DNA from: Seison nebaliae | Taxonomy: Eukaryota | DNA: 64,000 bases | NCBI GenBank assembly: GCA_023231475.1 | Contig: JALJEE010002634.1 | Coordinates: forward strand, 1-64,000 | Reading direction: 5' to 3' | Notes under the pieces: model-generated | Seen by the model: the letters and a program-made list of their open reading frames with translations, nothing else | The model's database searches: none | Told to the model about the DNA's origin: nothing | In this document: piece by piece, positions 27,001 to 40,405 of the stretch | Layout: each line of letters begins with the position of its first letter | How positions within the stretch are numbered: position 1 is the first letter of the stretch | Program-made: the position numbers and the translations under genes

Positions 27001-30000
27001 TTTCACTCGCAAAAATAAGAACAGTATTAGAAATTTTCTAATTTACTTCTGTGATTCTTTTTATTCATTAACAAATTTTGATGAAGTGTAATAATAAGAC
27101 ATTTAGGAATCGTAGCTCGAAATCTTCAATCCATCAACAGCTTCAGATAACTTGAGAGGCTCTTCAATTTGAACGTTTTCTATCATTATTCTACTTTCTC
27201 CTTTAGGTCCTATGGCCGTTGCATCACCTCCAAACATATTAAGTGTTCATTCTTTTTCCTGTTAGGAGGACTATGGTTTTGATTGATTAGTAAAAAAGGA
27301 GGTTGAAGAATACTCAGTCAATACTTCTTGCACCAATATCGATTGTGTTATTTAAATAGTTTCTCCTTAAAACTATCGAATAAGAAGAAAGTTCTGAATA
27401 AATTAGAATGTTTTCTATTTTTCGACTTTTTTCATTATTCTCAAATAATACTCATGAAACTATTGTTGGTGTCGAAGAGGTATTGTTCTTAATGTCAAGA
27501 ATTGCATATGTTGCACAGTCGTCCACAAGATGATCTATACAAGTCATTGATTAGAAGTGAACGTGCATTAAGTCGTATAAGTTTTCGCGTGTCAGAAAGG
27601 AAAACAAGCCAAATAAACAAGTCATTAGAAGAGAAGGGAATATTCTATTTGGCTTGAGAGTGACCATTACATTTCAATTCATTCATCAATAATTCATGTT
27701 CATTTCAATCAATTGTTTCACTGAACTGATGGTTATTGTTTCAGAGAATTTAAGAAAATAATTGATCGAAACGTCAATAAACAAAAGCGTGGCAGTCAAG
27801 TGAATATTACTAATCTCTGATTAAACATTTCCGTTGTTCTCCTAATCTTCATCTTCATATGAGTAAAAGATGAAGAAATGTCGATACGTATTAAATCGAT
27901 TAAGTTCTTCCTAATCTTTCTATTCGAACAAAACCGAGGTGTATTATAGTTCTTCAAAACTCAGATTGATTTCCTCTTAAAAAGATTCTTTCGAAATTTC
28001 ATTCCATATTCTCCTCTAATAAATTACCTGCAAACTGTGAAATCGTCGAGTCGTTGAAGAGCCGGCATTAATATGCTAATTAAGAATGACTACCCACGTA
28101 GTTAGCAGAGATGTTAATGTATAGTTCTCAGTCATTATCGTGGTTAACGATTTTTTCTTCTTTTTTTCGATGAAAAATGTAATTTGGAAGTTTTATTTTT
28201 TCTTCCAGTAAAATAATTTCGGACAAAAGACGGATAGTGGGAGGAATGATGAACAATATAATGATGACACTAGAAATGAACCGAGTTGAGAACGGCTAAT
28301 TCAGCCGCATAGTCATAAGGTGGGATATTGCCACAAATGAATTTTAATCGTTTTATTAATATGCTAATTTATACGCATCGTAAGTTTAAAGTTATTCCAA
28401 ATGCCTTTTTTATTAGACATTAGTAATGTTATTAATTTGAATTTTTTAGAAACTCATCTAAATTCGTGACAATAAGATTCCTCATCCATTTCTCAACTTT
28501 ATCAAACTTCTATAATGAATATGTCTCGTGTGCAATTACCATAAAAATTCTTAAGCTCAAAACAAAAAATTTTTCTTATTTCGTTTATTTTGATGATGAA
28601 ATTTTACTTCAAGAATTTTCCATTAATCATTTTCAGTAAACTTTATCTTTGTTATCATTCAACTGAGATTTGTTGACAAATAGTTGGGAGATAAGTGAAA
28701 AGAAAATCGATCCGTTTAATTGCACATGGGAGAATGAAATTTCACTAAAATTTGTTAGAACGATCATGGAAATGTTATCGATATGATCAATTTGGTCTCG
28801 ATAAAATTAATCAATTATTGAAGGAAGCCTCTATCCATTACCAATAATTGAAGTGGATGGTCAATTCCTTATCACTTTTGCCACATCTCTAACAATTAGA
28901 GACTTGGTGTGAATGATGAAGAAATATTTTGAATTTGTTGACATACAATTTAGAAAAAGGGAAATCCAATTAGTTTTGGGGATATATAGATCATCTTCCC
29001 AAAACCGAACGATGCTCAAAAGATTCATCTAGTCATTATACTACTTTTCCTCATTTACATTTGCAGATGTGAACAATTGAAGCGGAAATGTTCTTCTTGA
29101 TCAAGAATAATGGTCCATTCTTCTAATATTTTTAATTGGACAAGTGCCCACTTGATATTCAGCCGACAACCAAATAATATCTAAAACATTAGAAGTGGAA
29201 AAATTTCTTTTGTAGCTTATGTAATTAATATTCAGTTCCTTCCAAATTACTTCTATGCGACCACTCATCATTGTCTCCAGTGATAGTGGCTATTCGACTC
29301 TTCTTTTACTCATTCTTCTATTCGAAAAGGTGTCGAAATGATTTCTTTCTGAACTTCTCTTTTTTTTCGTGAAATTTAAGATAGCAAATTGAATGGAACC
29401 GAACAAGTGTTGCAATTAATCGCAGACAAAGAAATGTAATAAGAAGTCTAATCTTTAATCCAATCGAGAAATTCGAGCACTTTACACGTTCCATCCACAC
29501 ACGATTATGTCATTTGAATGTCGAGATCATTTTTCTATCGAATTCCAGCAATAATTGCTTTTTGATTTAATTTTCTCATATTTCTCCAACTATTTTCCAA
29601 TAATCGGTTTTGTCTCTTCAAACTTATGAAAGATTTACCTTACAACCCCTTTCAAACCACAAATTGTTACTGCCATTGTCATTAAGTAATTTAGAATTTT
29701 TTTCTAGAAATCCTTAACTCAATGATTTGGTTGTACCAGTCAGTTATCTAGAAAGTAAAGAATTTTTCGTGCAAATGATTTTGTAGGAAAAGTGACGACT
29801 GATATTCGTAAATGAGATAGGAATGAACAGTATGAGAAAAATGAATGTGGAGTGTGACAGAAACATATCCAATTGGAATTCTTGCGCAATCAAATTTTTA
29901 GATTTACCGAGCACCATATCGGCCCATGTTATTCCGTTATTGATTATTTAATTTATGAAGTAGAAAGGAGAAAGGATAAAATGCCGAACGGAATGGCGAT

Positions 30001-30017
30001 CATTTGTTAAAGGGGCG

Positions 30018-30028
30018 TATATAAAAAA
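30018..30028 (+). promoter_or_regulatory. Candidate TATA box
   Basis: GGGGCG-TATATAAAAAA-GGG, with G-rich flanks in AT-rich DNA. It is followed by a possible donor GTAAGA at 30200 and an acceptor TTATCAG at 31241, just before ATG 31244. Confidence 0.35.
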
Positions 30029-30912
30029 GGGAAGGAGAGCGTGGAAAATTTAATTTTTAGTAATTCACTGGACCTGATATTTCCGATCTATGTCAAGTAT
30101 CAACCGCATGTCGGATATGGATACGAAATTTCGTTCCGCTTCTTTGTTCCCGCCGTAAGAACAATTGATATTCTGAACAATAATGTCTGTTATTGAACTG
30201 TAAGATTCGTTTTTATATTCATCTTTTCATCCGAATGATCGATTCTTTTCATTTTTTAATTCTATTATTCCTTCCCTTCCTTCTCGTATTGTTGAATTGA
30301 GAAATAATCTCGAACTTACACTCGAATATACAATTCTCGAATATACAACTCCCAATTTTTTCTAGACTATCTACTATGAAATGGAAACAAGTGTTAATCT
30401 TAATAAACATATTGCTTTTCACTACTTAATCAACCATTCTTCCATTTCTATTTTGACACAGTCAATTAATAGTTAACGCGATCCGATAACTCCTCCTTCC
30501 TCCTTCCTTTTCTTGCTCATCAACTAACTGCGTTTCTTTGAGCAAATAACCCAAAATTTACATCTCATGTTCTACTAAATGTAGAGTTATCTGTAGAATT
30601 GGAGACACCATTCCATTTGAATTCCATTAGATTTCTTTCATTTTCCAGAAGCAATCTTTTCGTATCCATTTGCCATTCAACACTTTCTTATCGAAAAAAA
30701 GTTGATGTAGAATGCCATATGAATTTGGAAGTCTATTTCAATGTTTGAAAAATTTCTTACAATTCTCCGCACTTGTCAATAAAATGTTATCTATATTTTG
30801 AATTTTATATGGCAGTCTTATACTGATTAATATTAAATGATTATTATTTCCTTTATCTTTGTCTGTTTTTTCTGTTTTGGGTAGAACAGAAAAATTAGAC
30901 AGATGGTAAAAG

Positions 30913-30968
30913 TCAGTTAGGAAAGATTGATTTCTGATAATTTACATGAGATCATTGTTGAGTTGAAA
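30913..30968 (+). ncRNA. Candidate bantam-family pre-miRNA (mature about 30947-30968, UGAGAUCAUUGUUGAGUUGAAA)
   Basis: TGAGATCATTG matches the bantam 5' end and lies on the 3' arm of a hairpin (TGATTTC pairs with GAGATCA, TCAGTT pairs with AGTTGA). Central pairing is weak. Confidence 0.35.
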
Positions 30969-31243
30969 ATGTCGATGTTCTTTGTTATTAGTGTGGATAT
31001 TTTCGGCGAATTCGCGCCCATTCTTCTTTGCCGACATCATCTGCGTTGGAGTTCTATTCCGTTGAGTATTTTCCTTCAATTTGGCGTCTGTGTGACAAAT
31101 CTCATCGTATAATTAACTTCTTCTTTTCCGATTAACAATAAAATCTGTTTTGTCTATTTTAAATATTATTCATTTTTCAAATTAATCAATTTTCATTCTG
31201 TCAATTCTAATTCTTATTTCTCACCTATTTCTTCTTATCAGTA

Positions 31244-32800
31244 ATGCAACCTATTTATGAAAATGTCGAAAATTCTGCTTTCGAATATGTTTTCGATGCA
31301 ATCTCCATCAATAGTATCTGCACAAACATTAACGGATGTTGTGAAGATACGGGAAATATGTTGAATGAACTTCCAATTCCTTCCCAACCAATTTCTACCA
31401 CAAATACTTCTTATCAAACCAGATCAACGAAACCGCGAAAATTCGCTGGACAACGGACGAAAACATTCTCCGTCAAATTCAATGAAGCTCCATCAGTTGT
31501 GAGTAAAGCTGCGGCGAATGTTCGAAAGATTTGGAGGCAATATAAAGATTATCAATTGAATCGATTCGATGATGATTCTCAACATTCAACACCGAAAAAG
31601 ATAAGAAAGATAAGTTCAATGATTCGTCGTTCAATGCGTCTCACCAGTAATGTCAGTAATGCATCATCAAAAAATAATGAAGATAAAATAAATGTTCAAA
31701 ATGTCATCACACCCTCCATGACAGTAGATACGAATAGCACATCATCTTCCACAGGAATCAAACATAATTTGAGTGATGAAGATAAAAGTGATAAGAATAT
31801 TATTTTTGAAAAACCGAATTGTCAATCAACACCCAAATCGAGAAGTTCTTCTTTCACTTCAAACTATTCGATCCCATCAATCTCAAACAAATCGCAATCA
31901 TACGATTCCCAAAGGATTAACAATGATGAGGAATTGGAGGAAGTTGTTGGAGATGTTGAACATCAACGACCATGTTGCTTGTGTTGCAAAAAGGATGTAA
32001 CACCAATCTGTCCACCAATCGATCTTCAATCACATTCGCATAAAAATTCAATATCCTGTTCACAATCCTCTTCCGGAAACAGTGAAAGATTTCCACTAAA
32101 TGAAGATGCAACTTTCTCATCCATCGACTCTGGTGTATCGAATCGTCATCATGTTTTGAAAGAAAATTTTCCAAAGAAAGCAAATTTACATTTCCCGATG
32201 TTCCCAGCCCAATTCTACAAATCCGAACGAATTCGACGAACAGTTCAAATTTCAAAGAATTCTCTCGCCAACGTTAAACAAGACAAGTCACTGAACAATA
32301 ATAATCATGATCAAATAAATAACGATACATATCTCAATACATTCGATGTTGGATATAATCGTTTTTCCCAACGTCTTCAAAAGTATGAGAAGATCCATCA
32401 GAATTGGTTAAATGTGATGGAGGCAAGGAAAATTAAATCTTCAACCAATTCCATTTCCACTGCACTTCCAAGACTCCAATCGTTAAGTTCATTGCATAAA
32501 GCAATGATGATGGAGGCGGAAAAAAGTCCAAATTTGAAATGTAGAACAACAAAGAAAATGAAGAGAAGAAGTAAAAGTTCCAATCAAACATCCTTCCATG
32601 ATTCAACGAAGTTTTCGATGAAAAACTCAACACCAAAAGGAAAGATTTCTGTGAATCGTGATCATTTAGCAAAGATTCATCGTCTGATTAATTATTATGC
32701 AACTTCATTAACACCTGCTGATCAAAAGAAGCCTGTTACTAAAAGAATTCCTTCATTTATTACTCCGTCTAAAGGAATTGTTGCATTTTATCAGATGTAG
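31244..32800 (+). CDS. Single-exon Ser/Lys-rich, probably disordered protein, 518 aa
   Basis: Long ATG-initiated ORF with several S/T-P sites followed by basic residues (STPKK, STPKSR, STPKGK, TPSK). No domain recognised. Confidence 0.75.
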   Translation: MQPIYENVENSAFEYVFDAISINSICTNINGCCEDTGNMLNELPIPSQPISTTNTSYQTRSTKPRKFAGQRTKTFSVKFNEAPSVVSKAAANVRKIWRQYKDYQLNRFDDDSQHSTPKKIRKISSMIRRSMRLTSNVSNASSKNNEDKINVQNVITPSMTVDTNSTSSSTGIKHNLSDEDKSDKNIIFEKPNCQSTPKSRSSSFTSNYSIPSISNKSQSYDSQRINNDEELEEVVGDVEHQRPCCLCCKKDVTPICPPIDLQSHSHKNSISCSQSSSGNSERFPLNEDATFSSIDSGVSNRHHVLKENFPKKANLHFPMFPAQFYKSERIRRTVQISKNSLANVKQDKSLNNNNHDQINNDTYLNTFDVGYNRFSQRLQKYEKIHQNWLNVMEARKIKSSTNSISTALPRLQSLSSLHKAMMMEAEKSPNLKCRTTKKMKRRSKSSNQTSFHDSTKFSMKNSTPKGKISVNRDHLAKIHRLINYYATSLTPADQKKPVTKRIPSFITPSKGIVAFYQM

Positions 32801-33150
32801 ATTATTTAATTTGTTAATTTCACAATTCGGTTGTTAAGTTTTTTATTTTCCGATTTAATTCTTATTATTTTTCGGATAAAGTTTAAAGAGTTATATGTTT
32901 TACTTATTATCATTTGAGTCAAATAAATTTTATAATTTAATTATTCTTCTACTACCTCATTGATATATACTTCATTTGACGAAGTGATCAACATATAAAA
33001 AAAAAAAAATTCATTGGAAATAATAATTAAATAAATATCAAAAGAATAAAAAAATTGAATGTAAATTTTGAAGCTGTCGATAACAGATTGTCGCGAATTG
33101 AGAACATGTCGCAAATTTTGGCTGAGAGAAAAAGAACTTTGAATATTCAT

Positions 33151-33615
33151 CTAAAGAATCTGCTTCAAATCATTCAACACATTACAACACTTGTTATAAA
33201 CCGATCGACGACGATCAACTAATCGTTTTTTAAATTTCTTTGAATCACTCTTAAAAATTGTTGATTTCCTTCGGGTAATTTTCTCATTGGGTTGACGTTT
33301 CCATTTCCAAAGATCTTTCGGAAGGAAATCTTTATTGGAAATAGTTAATCGTTTTCTAATCGTTTTCTTTGAATTCTTTTGAGATCGGATTTCATATCGA
33401 TAATTTTCCACATCAGTTATCGGAAGGTTCGACACGATTAATAACTGCTGAAGCATAGCTTCTCTGGTTTCACGAATTCTTTGGAAATTCATGTGCTCAA
33501 CATCAGATGTAGTTGGAGTGAAGTCGATGGATCTATTTGATAACATTTCATTATTTATCGCTCGACATTTCTTCGGTGTCGATTCGAGAACTGGTAAGGG
33601 AAGACAGTATTCCAT
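33151..33615 (-). CDS. Small basic protein, 154 aa, unknown function
   Basis: ATG-initiated ORF with ESTPKK and a Lys/Arg-rich C-terminal half, convergent with the 31244 gene. Confidence 0.6.
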   Translation of the reverse strand: MEYCLPLPVLESTPKKCRAINNEMLSNRSIDFTPTTSDVEHMNFQRIRETREAMLQQLLIVSNLPITDVENYRYEIRSQKNSKKTIRKRLTISNKDFLPKDLWKWKRQPNEKITRRKSTIFKSDSKKFKKRLVDRRRSVYNKCCNVLNDLKQIL

Positions 33616-35566
33616 GTCGGAAATTATTCTCTTAAAGAAGAAAAGAAGAATTTAAATAATTCTAGAAATCAATTGAGAGAGAAATTAGACGGGAATGAAA
33701 TTTGATGAAGATAAAATGTGAAGATCGTTTAAAATAATTAGATCAGATTTCTTTCGAGTACTTGTCTGTTCACATAAAAAAAAGGAGGAAGAAATTACTT
33801 GAGATTTCAGTAGTACTTGACGTTCCTGAGATAAATGATTAAGAGAAAAAAGAAAAATTCAATTGAATTATTTAATGAATGGTGAAGTTGCATGATAGGC
33901 AGTTGGAGATTTTGCTTATTATATGTGGCCGATCTGTCAGGAAAGTGTGAGTTAGATAAGAGAAATGGAAATAAATAAATTAAAATAACGATATAATTGT
34001 GATGATAATACAAAACGTATATGTGAAGTTGTGTTTTGATGTAACGGTATCATCTGTTACACGCGACATGGAAAGAAAATTTTTCAAATGAATTAATACG
34101 ACTCATTTCTCCTCTTAACCATACTGAAATAACGAATGTACTCAAATCACATTTTTCATTTGTAATTTTTGTTGACTGAGCAAGTGCAAATGGAAAGAAG
34201 ATAAATCGTTTATGAGTAGACGATCGTTCTCCCCAATACGAGAGCGGAAGAGATTGAACTTCAAATCTTCATCACTGGATCTATTACACAACAAGTTGGT
34301 TACAGTGTGAAAAATAAAATAAACATTGAAAACTATCCTAATCAATGTCGTATAGAGGAGGGATATCTATCCAAATGAGGAAGGAAATTATAGAATGTGC
34401 TAGAATTGGATGTTTATTTAGGAATTAAGAATTCTCATTCCTAAATATCACAATAATCAATTATTTCCTCCAACGTCCATAAATTCTCTCAATATACTAT
34501 GAAAAATTTGGTGGGATTAGAAAAAGTGTCCATGATAATATTTGGGAGAAGATTTCTAATTATTAATTATCTGATATTAAATTTCCCGATTTTGTTTTCT
34601 AATAAAAAGAAATTTATGTGCTAATCCTATCTGGTTTGCAGTCTTACCATTTCTTCGTTTAGTTCCATTATTTACAATAAATATCATAGTGAATAGATCT
34701 TATTATAAATTAGAAAAAGAAGAAGAAAACAATATGGAACTTCGCTAGTGACATTTAAAAAGGTTTCACAGAAAAGGAGATAATATCCAATGTTTTCTAT
34801 CAAGAACCCGGACGATAGCCAATAATACTTTAATTAAGTTATCTCTCGACTGAAGAAACTGTTGATTGCTTCCTACACATTACTTGATTGGCCCCACGAG
34901 ATATTGCCACTTCATTTAATTCGATAATGTAATTTTGATCGACACTGGTATAGGCAATTAATAGTCAATTAGTAAAACATGATGGTAATAACACGCGATC
35001 ACAACATTGGACTTATGGATAGAAATTAAATTTTCAGTTAAATAGAAAAAGTAGAAGAAAAAATGAGAAGTTGTGAAAATAGTTTTGGAGCTAATCTTGT
35101 CACGACCAGCTATTTATTATAAAATAACCGAAAATAATAAAGATAAGAATTTCAGATAAAATTTTGAATGAAATCGTTCGGATAATCTCCAAATATAATA
35201 TGTACAAATGAATAGGCGTTTTCATTGAGAGAAAATTCGAAACGGTCAGATATAAAAGGGGGTAAATTAGACTCAAATTGGAAAGTCCTTTGGATGAAGC
35301 CGACATCCAAATATTTATTATAATGGCAGGTGGTAGTCAGTACTTGATATTTGTGACGAAAATGTTTGATGGAGGAGCGAGGTAAAGGGATGAACAAGTG
35401 GGGAACAATTCAACCCAAAGGTGATGTTTTGATCATAAAGAAGATGAATATTGTCAGTAAAAGACGTTTCAAACGCATCTTCTCGAATAGAGTGCACTTG
35501 ATTACGCGCGATCGCTTACTTTCTTCTTGCAAATTGCCGAATTAAACTTACACTCTAGGCGAAAAC

Positions 35567-38500
35567 TTATTCATCATCACTATTCTTCATCGGCAATTCA
35601 CTTCGTCCATTGTTAAAACAATCTTCTCCGAAGAATTTAGTCAATTTATTGTACAAATGGATTCTTGCTATTCCATTAATTGAATGTTGTCGATTCGGAT
35701 AAATGTTCGAATTGAAATCGATCGAATTCTCAACGAATTTGTTTATAAGTAGTAGTGAGTTTTCCGGATGTACATTATCGTCACCCGTCCCATACATTAA
35801 CATCAACTTCGTATTATTTAACGTCGATAAATCTTTGTTAAGTATCGAAGACAGCAGGTAGTTATTTGTTTCATTCGGATACCTCAGATACCTTTCAACA
35901 TATGCCGAATCATATAAAAGCCAATCGGTAACTGGGGCGACGAACACAGCGCAATTTAGATGCGATTCTTTCTGCATCAACGATAATAGTGTTACATACG
36001 CTCCATAGGACCAGCCCCACATGCCGATTTTCGATTTATCGACATATGAAAGATTGTAAAGATAACTTAAAAGTGAAACATATAGTCGATGCACGGAAAC
36101 AAATGGTCAACTTCACAAACTGATGTTGATCGGCTACTTCCACATTACCAACAGATTGATAAATTTTCGCTTGGAAATCAAGACTACGATGAGCGGTACC
36201 TCTTCCGTCCATTGAAGCGATAATCGTGTCGAATTTACTGCAAATATATTGTACATATTCCTGATAATCCCATTTACTACTTACTTCTTGTGTACCAGGA
36301 GCACCATAACTATAAATATCGTTAATTTTTGAATAATTCACAGTTTAGTTTAAGATTCATTAGAGGAAAATTAGAAAAATATTCAAATTATTTACTTAAA
36401 AAAACTAACACCCAAACTAAAACTGGATAGATATATGTCTCACTTTCACGAAGATTAGTTGGAACTAATAATTGCACCCATGTCCTTTCTCCGCTACTCA
36501 AAGTGATTTGATATTGTCGCTTCTCACATTGTCGATATTCAGTTAATTTCTTTCTAGTTTCCATATTATCCTCCCAAACCGTCAATAATTCATGATCGGC
36601 AGTTCGACGAATCTCTGAATATGGTACGTCCGGTCCGAGACAAGTCACTTCGTAAAACTTCTTTGTCGTAGAGAATTTCATGGGAGAATAATATGAACAA
36701 TTAGTTGTTGAGTTATACAAATTTGAGATATTCCTTAAGTTTTTCGATTGAACATTTAATCTGTTTTCAATTCATTTAATCACAGTCTAGAGGAAATGTG
36801 TTAACGCAAAAATATATCGATTTCTTGGATCACCGGATGTTGTTGTAAAATATATTTCGTTCGAAACCAATTCGATTAACTCTTCAACATTATAATTTTT
36901 GAATGTCACAAAGGTTGGCTAGATTCAAAAAAAAATTAATTTTGTAAATTCAACGTTTAAAGACAAACATTAGAAGATGGAGTTAGCGCAGAGAATTTCG
37001 CAATTTGATAATAATATTTATCGTTATGAAACGATTTATCAGGTAGTAGTGCATAAATCTGATTTTTTCTTACATCGACGATTATTTTGTTTGGAGTCAA
37101 CCAACTGTTAATTGGACATCTAAATCTCAATAACTAAAATTTTATTAATTTATTAATATTCTCAAATAAATTAATATTCCTAAGTGAACTGTCGTCAACT
37201 TCTTAGTAGCAATGTTATACAACCGATAAATGATCGTAGTTTGTAATCGAGTAATATGTTGAATAATAAATTCATTGTCGTTCTTCCAAGTCAATGAATA
37301 AAAATATTCATTAACACTAATTAGAATAAATGATATAAAATGGATCACAATAAAAAGAAACTCGATATTTAATATCAATTCTTTTAATTTCATTTTGTTT
37401 GAAATAAGAAATATTTTCGTTATTGGATTCTTTTCTCCAGGCTATCAATTAACCGTAAGATAAAACCGATATAACTAATCGCTAATGTGAATTAACCAAC
37501 TTTCGGATATGACATTTGCATAATATTATAAGCATTAGGAGATTTGTGATCATATTTTTTGTATTGATATTTCGACACATTTCTATCATCGAATTGAATA
37601 AATGCACAGTACACATCGTTCGGTGACCAATAAATTGCGTCAGATTTATGCATTATCTCTTCTATTAGAATAAAATGAAAAGAAACATGAAACTGAGTAT
37701 AGAATTTTAAATTAAAGAACCTTCGTACAACCAATCTGATACTCCATTATGAATTTCATTAAATTTCCCATTTTCTGTGATTCTTTTCGGTAATGAACTT
37801 TTCGTTATTGGTAATTGGTGCATATAAATATCATATTCATGAACAACGATCTAAAATTATGATCCTTATTTTATTCACGATTTCATCAAGAAAATTCAAA
37901 CCATAAATTTGGATTTCGGAGAAAATTTTGCATATAAACATTTCTGTTCTTTACCATTATTCTTAATAGGAATAGGAAATTGTTTTCTAAATTGTTAATT
38001 ATTTGTTTTGTTACAATTAGCTGTGTATTTGTTTCCAATCAAAATTAACTTTTCCTTTAGATCAATAATTTCATAGACGGCTTTTCTTGATTGTCGATAA
38101 ATCTAAAATTTCATTTTAGTTTGACAAATTTAAGAATAATTTTAATAAAATGTAACTGTTTCAATATTACGACTAATGATGAGATATTTGTTATTTGATG
38201 AAGCAAAATGTTCATAATTATGATCAAACTTCAAAAAAAAAATGATCAAAATAAATTGTCTTAAATGATTTTAATCAATTAACATTTCCTGTAGGTTTTC
38301 GAATGACTATTGAAATTTCTTTGTTTAGAATGTTATATTGAGATAAAGTACCATTCTTATAGAGATATATCAGGGTATGATCTGTAATGTAAAACATTTG
38401 AAATATTTATGCAAAATAAAATTAATTGGTAACCTGATGACCATGAGGCGTTAAATGTTTTTAAATCATCAGCAACTCCTTTCGATGCGGAGAGTGAGAG

Positions 38501-38677
38501 TCTCATTCGATTATCTTTTCCGTCGTTTATTTCTCGTTGTGCGAATATCATAGCAATTGCTATTAGTGAACATATGAAAATGATTGCAATTAGAGCTATT
38601 CCGATACCCTTCCAATTCTTTCCACCGTTGTCTTGTCCCACCAATTCCTGTTGATGAACGACAGCAGAAAGATTCAT
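35567..38677 (-). CDS. Dipeptidyl peptidase IV family (S9B) type II membrane protein, DPP6/DPP10-like N-terminus with an intact catalytic triad, 14 exons
   Basis: ELVG..KNWKGIGIALIAIIFICSLI transmembrane segment, NGVSDWLYEEE, YGAPGTQ, DGRGT, GWSYG, GTGDDNVH and NRQHSI. Thirteen phase-consistent introns: 38382-38433, 38229-38283, 38103-38156, 37987-38049, 37851-37901, 37662-37720, 37442-37500, 37317-37361, 37134-37189, 36919-36968, 36761-36805, 36310-36409, 36066-36111. Confidence 0.92.
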
Positions 38678-40405
38678 TATAATGGAACAATAACAAAATA
38701 TATCGATTCATCAAAATATGTTTCTTTTTAATTCTTTTATGAACATATCAGTTAGAACTTAAGAATATGTAAGTCACTTTTCTTCATTGCTTAATACTGA
38801 CTAAACGTAAATAATTTCACTGTTTTTCTGTCGATTTACTTACAGAAATTGTATATTGATTTGTAGAAAATTTGTTTATTTTTTCGAACTAACTACGAAA
38901 GTTTTGTTTTTGTAAGTTTCGTTTAATTTTAATGAAATTCGAATAAAGAAAAGTAAACGTCTAAGTTCCTATATTCCATTTGTAACTCACTGTAACGTCT
39001 CAACATTTAACGGATTTGTGAAAGATTCACTCATAGAAATTTACAACAACAGATTATCATCTTTTGAGATATTACTCCGAAAATCTTATTAAAGATATTT
39101 GCAGGGAAATCTTGACAAAACATATATTTTTATAGATACTATACTGGTATTCATCCGTACCAATACCAATTAATTTTTCTATCCTTCATTCTTTGCTCCA
39201 TTCTGTTTCATTTCTATGACGTCTCATCTACAATTTATATGATGTATCTCATATGTACCTGGAAGAGGAATTATAAAATGTTTGGAAAAATGTATGTTTA
39301 TCTGAAGTTCCTATTTCTTTAGTAATACGTTGACTGGTGATCATTGTCTGTTGGAAGAAATAAAAAAATATAACATTTTTCTTCATGGTCTTTTTCATAA
39401 AGGAAATCAGTTTTCCCTAAACTTGCATAATCTATGCAATTCAATTCAGATTAGCCAATTATCTGTTTGGAATAATATAATTCCAAAATTCCTAAAACTT
39501 ATCAAGAAGGAAACTTACAATTCCTGTATGTTATGTGAAATGAAAGAAAATGATAATTTCCTTATGCAAATTGTCATAAAAACAATTTTCTACTTAGAAG
39601 AACTACTTAATCATTCTTAATTCTATTACAGATAATTAATTCAAATTACTTTTCTTCTTCTTTGTCAATCATTTTCTATCCCTTGAAATGTTTCCAATAA
39701 AACTTTTCGATTAATCGACTAACACAATTATCTTTCGATCTTTATCATTTAAAAGAAAAAACGATTTGCAATAAAATGGCAACATAGTTTCATTAGAAAT
39801 TTGAATAGGTAAAAAGGTTTTTTTGAAATTTCTTAACTTGTAAATTAGTTACTGTCGTATAAGTACGAGAATAAGTATTTCCAATAGGTCTACCACCAGA
39901 TCTTATAGCCCCACTACCACCACCTCCTCCTCCACCTCCACTGCTGAACATGTCGGTCCAGAATTAATATGGCAAAAAAGGATAATCGACTCTATCGTTC
40001 ATAGGGATATTCACTAAATTATATGTAAATTTAGTCAAGGTAAAATGGAAATTTTATAGGGTGCAATGACATTGCTCAAGAGCACTTCAGAAAAGGTTGT
40101 TCTTGATCAGTTCTTTATGTCGAAATAAAAGACGGTTTTATTTTTGAATAAATCTTAATTTTATCATTATCATATGACTGAGAGGGTCTGATCTCATATC
40201 ATTCTGAACGATAACATATGTTTTCAGTACATATCTAATTCGTAAATATATTCAGTTATAACATTCGTACTTAAGTATTTAAAGAGATGTTAATACTTTA
40301 ATATTTTTAAAAATATTAAAATAATAACATATTTCTTTTATAATATTGTTATGCGTATAGAATACAATATAACACATGTCAAAACGAGAATTTACAAGAA
40401 GTTAA

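Noticed and set aside
24001..30000. 6-kb ORF-free stretch inspected for tRNA, snRNA and miRNA
   Set aside because: No recognisable RNA gene. Only short chance-level hairpins (e.g. about 28974-29004).
39888..39966. Poly-Pro (plus) / poly-Gly (minus) GC-rich patch that looks like an exon
   Set aside because: It could not be linked in phase to neighbouring exons on either strand with confidence.
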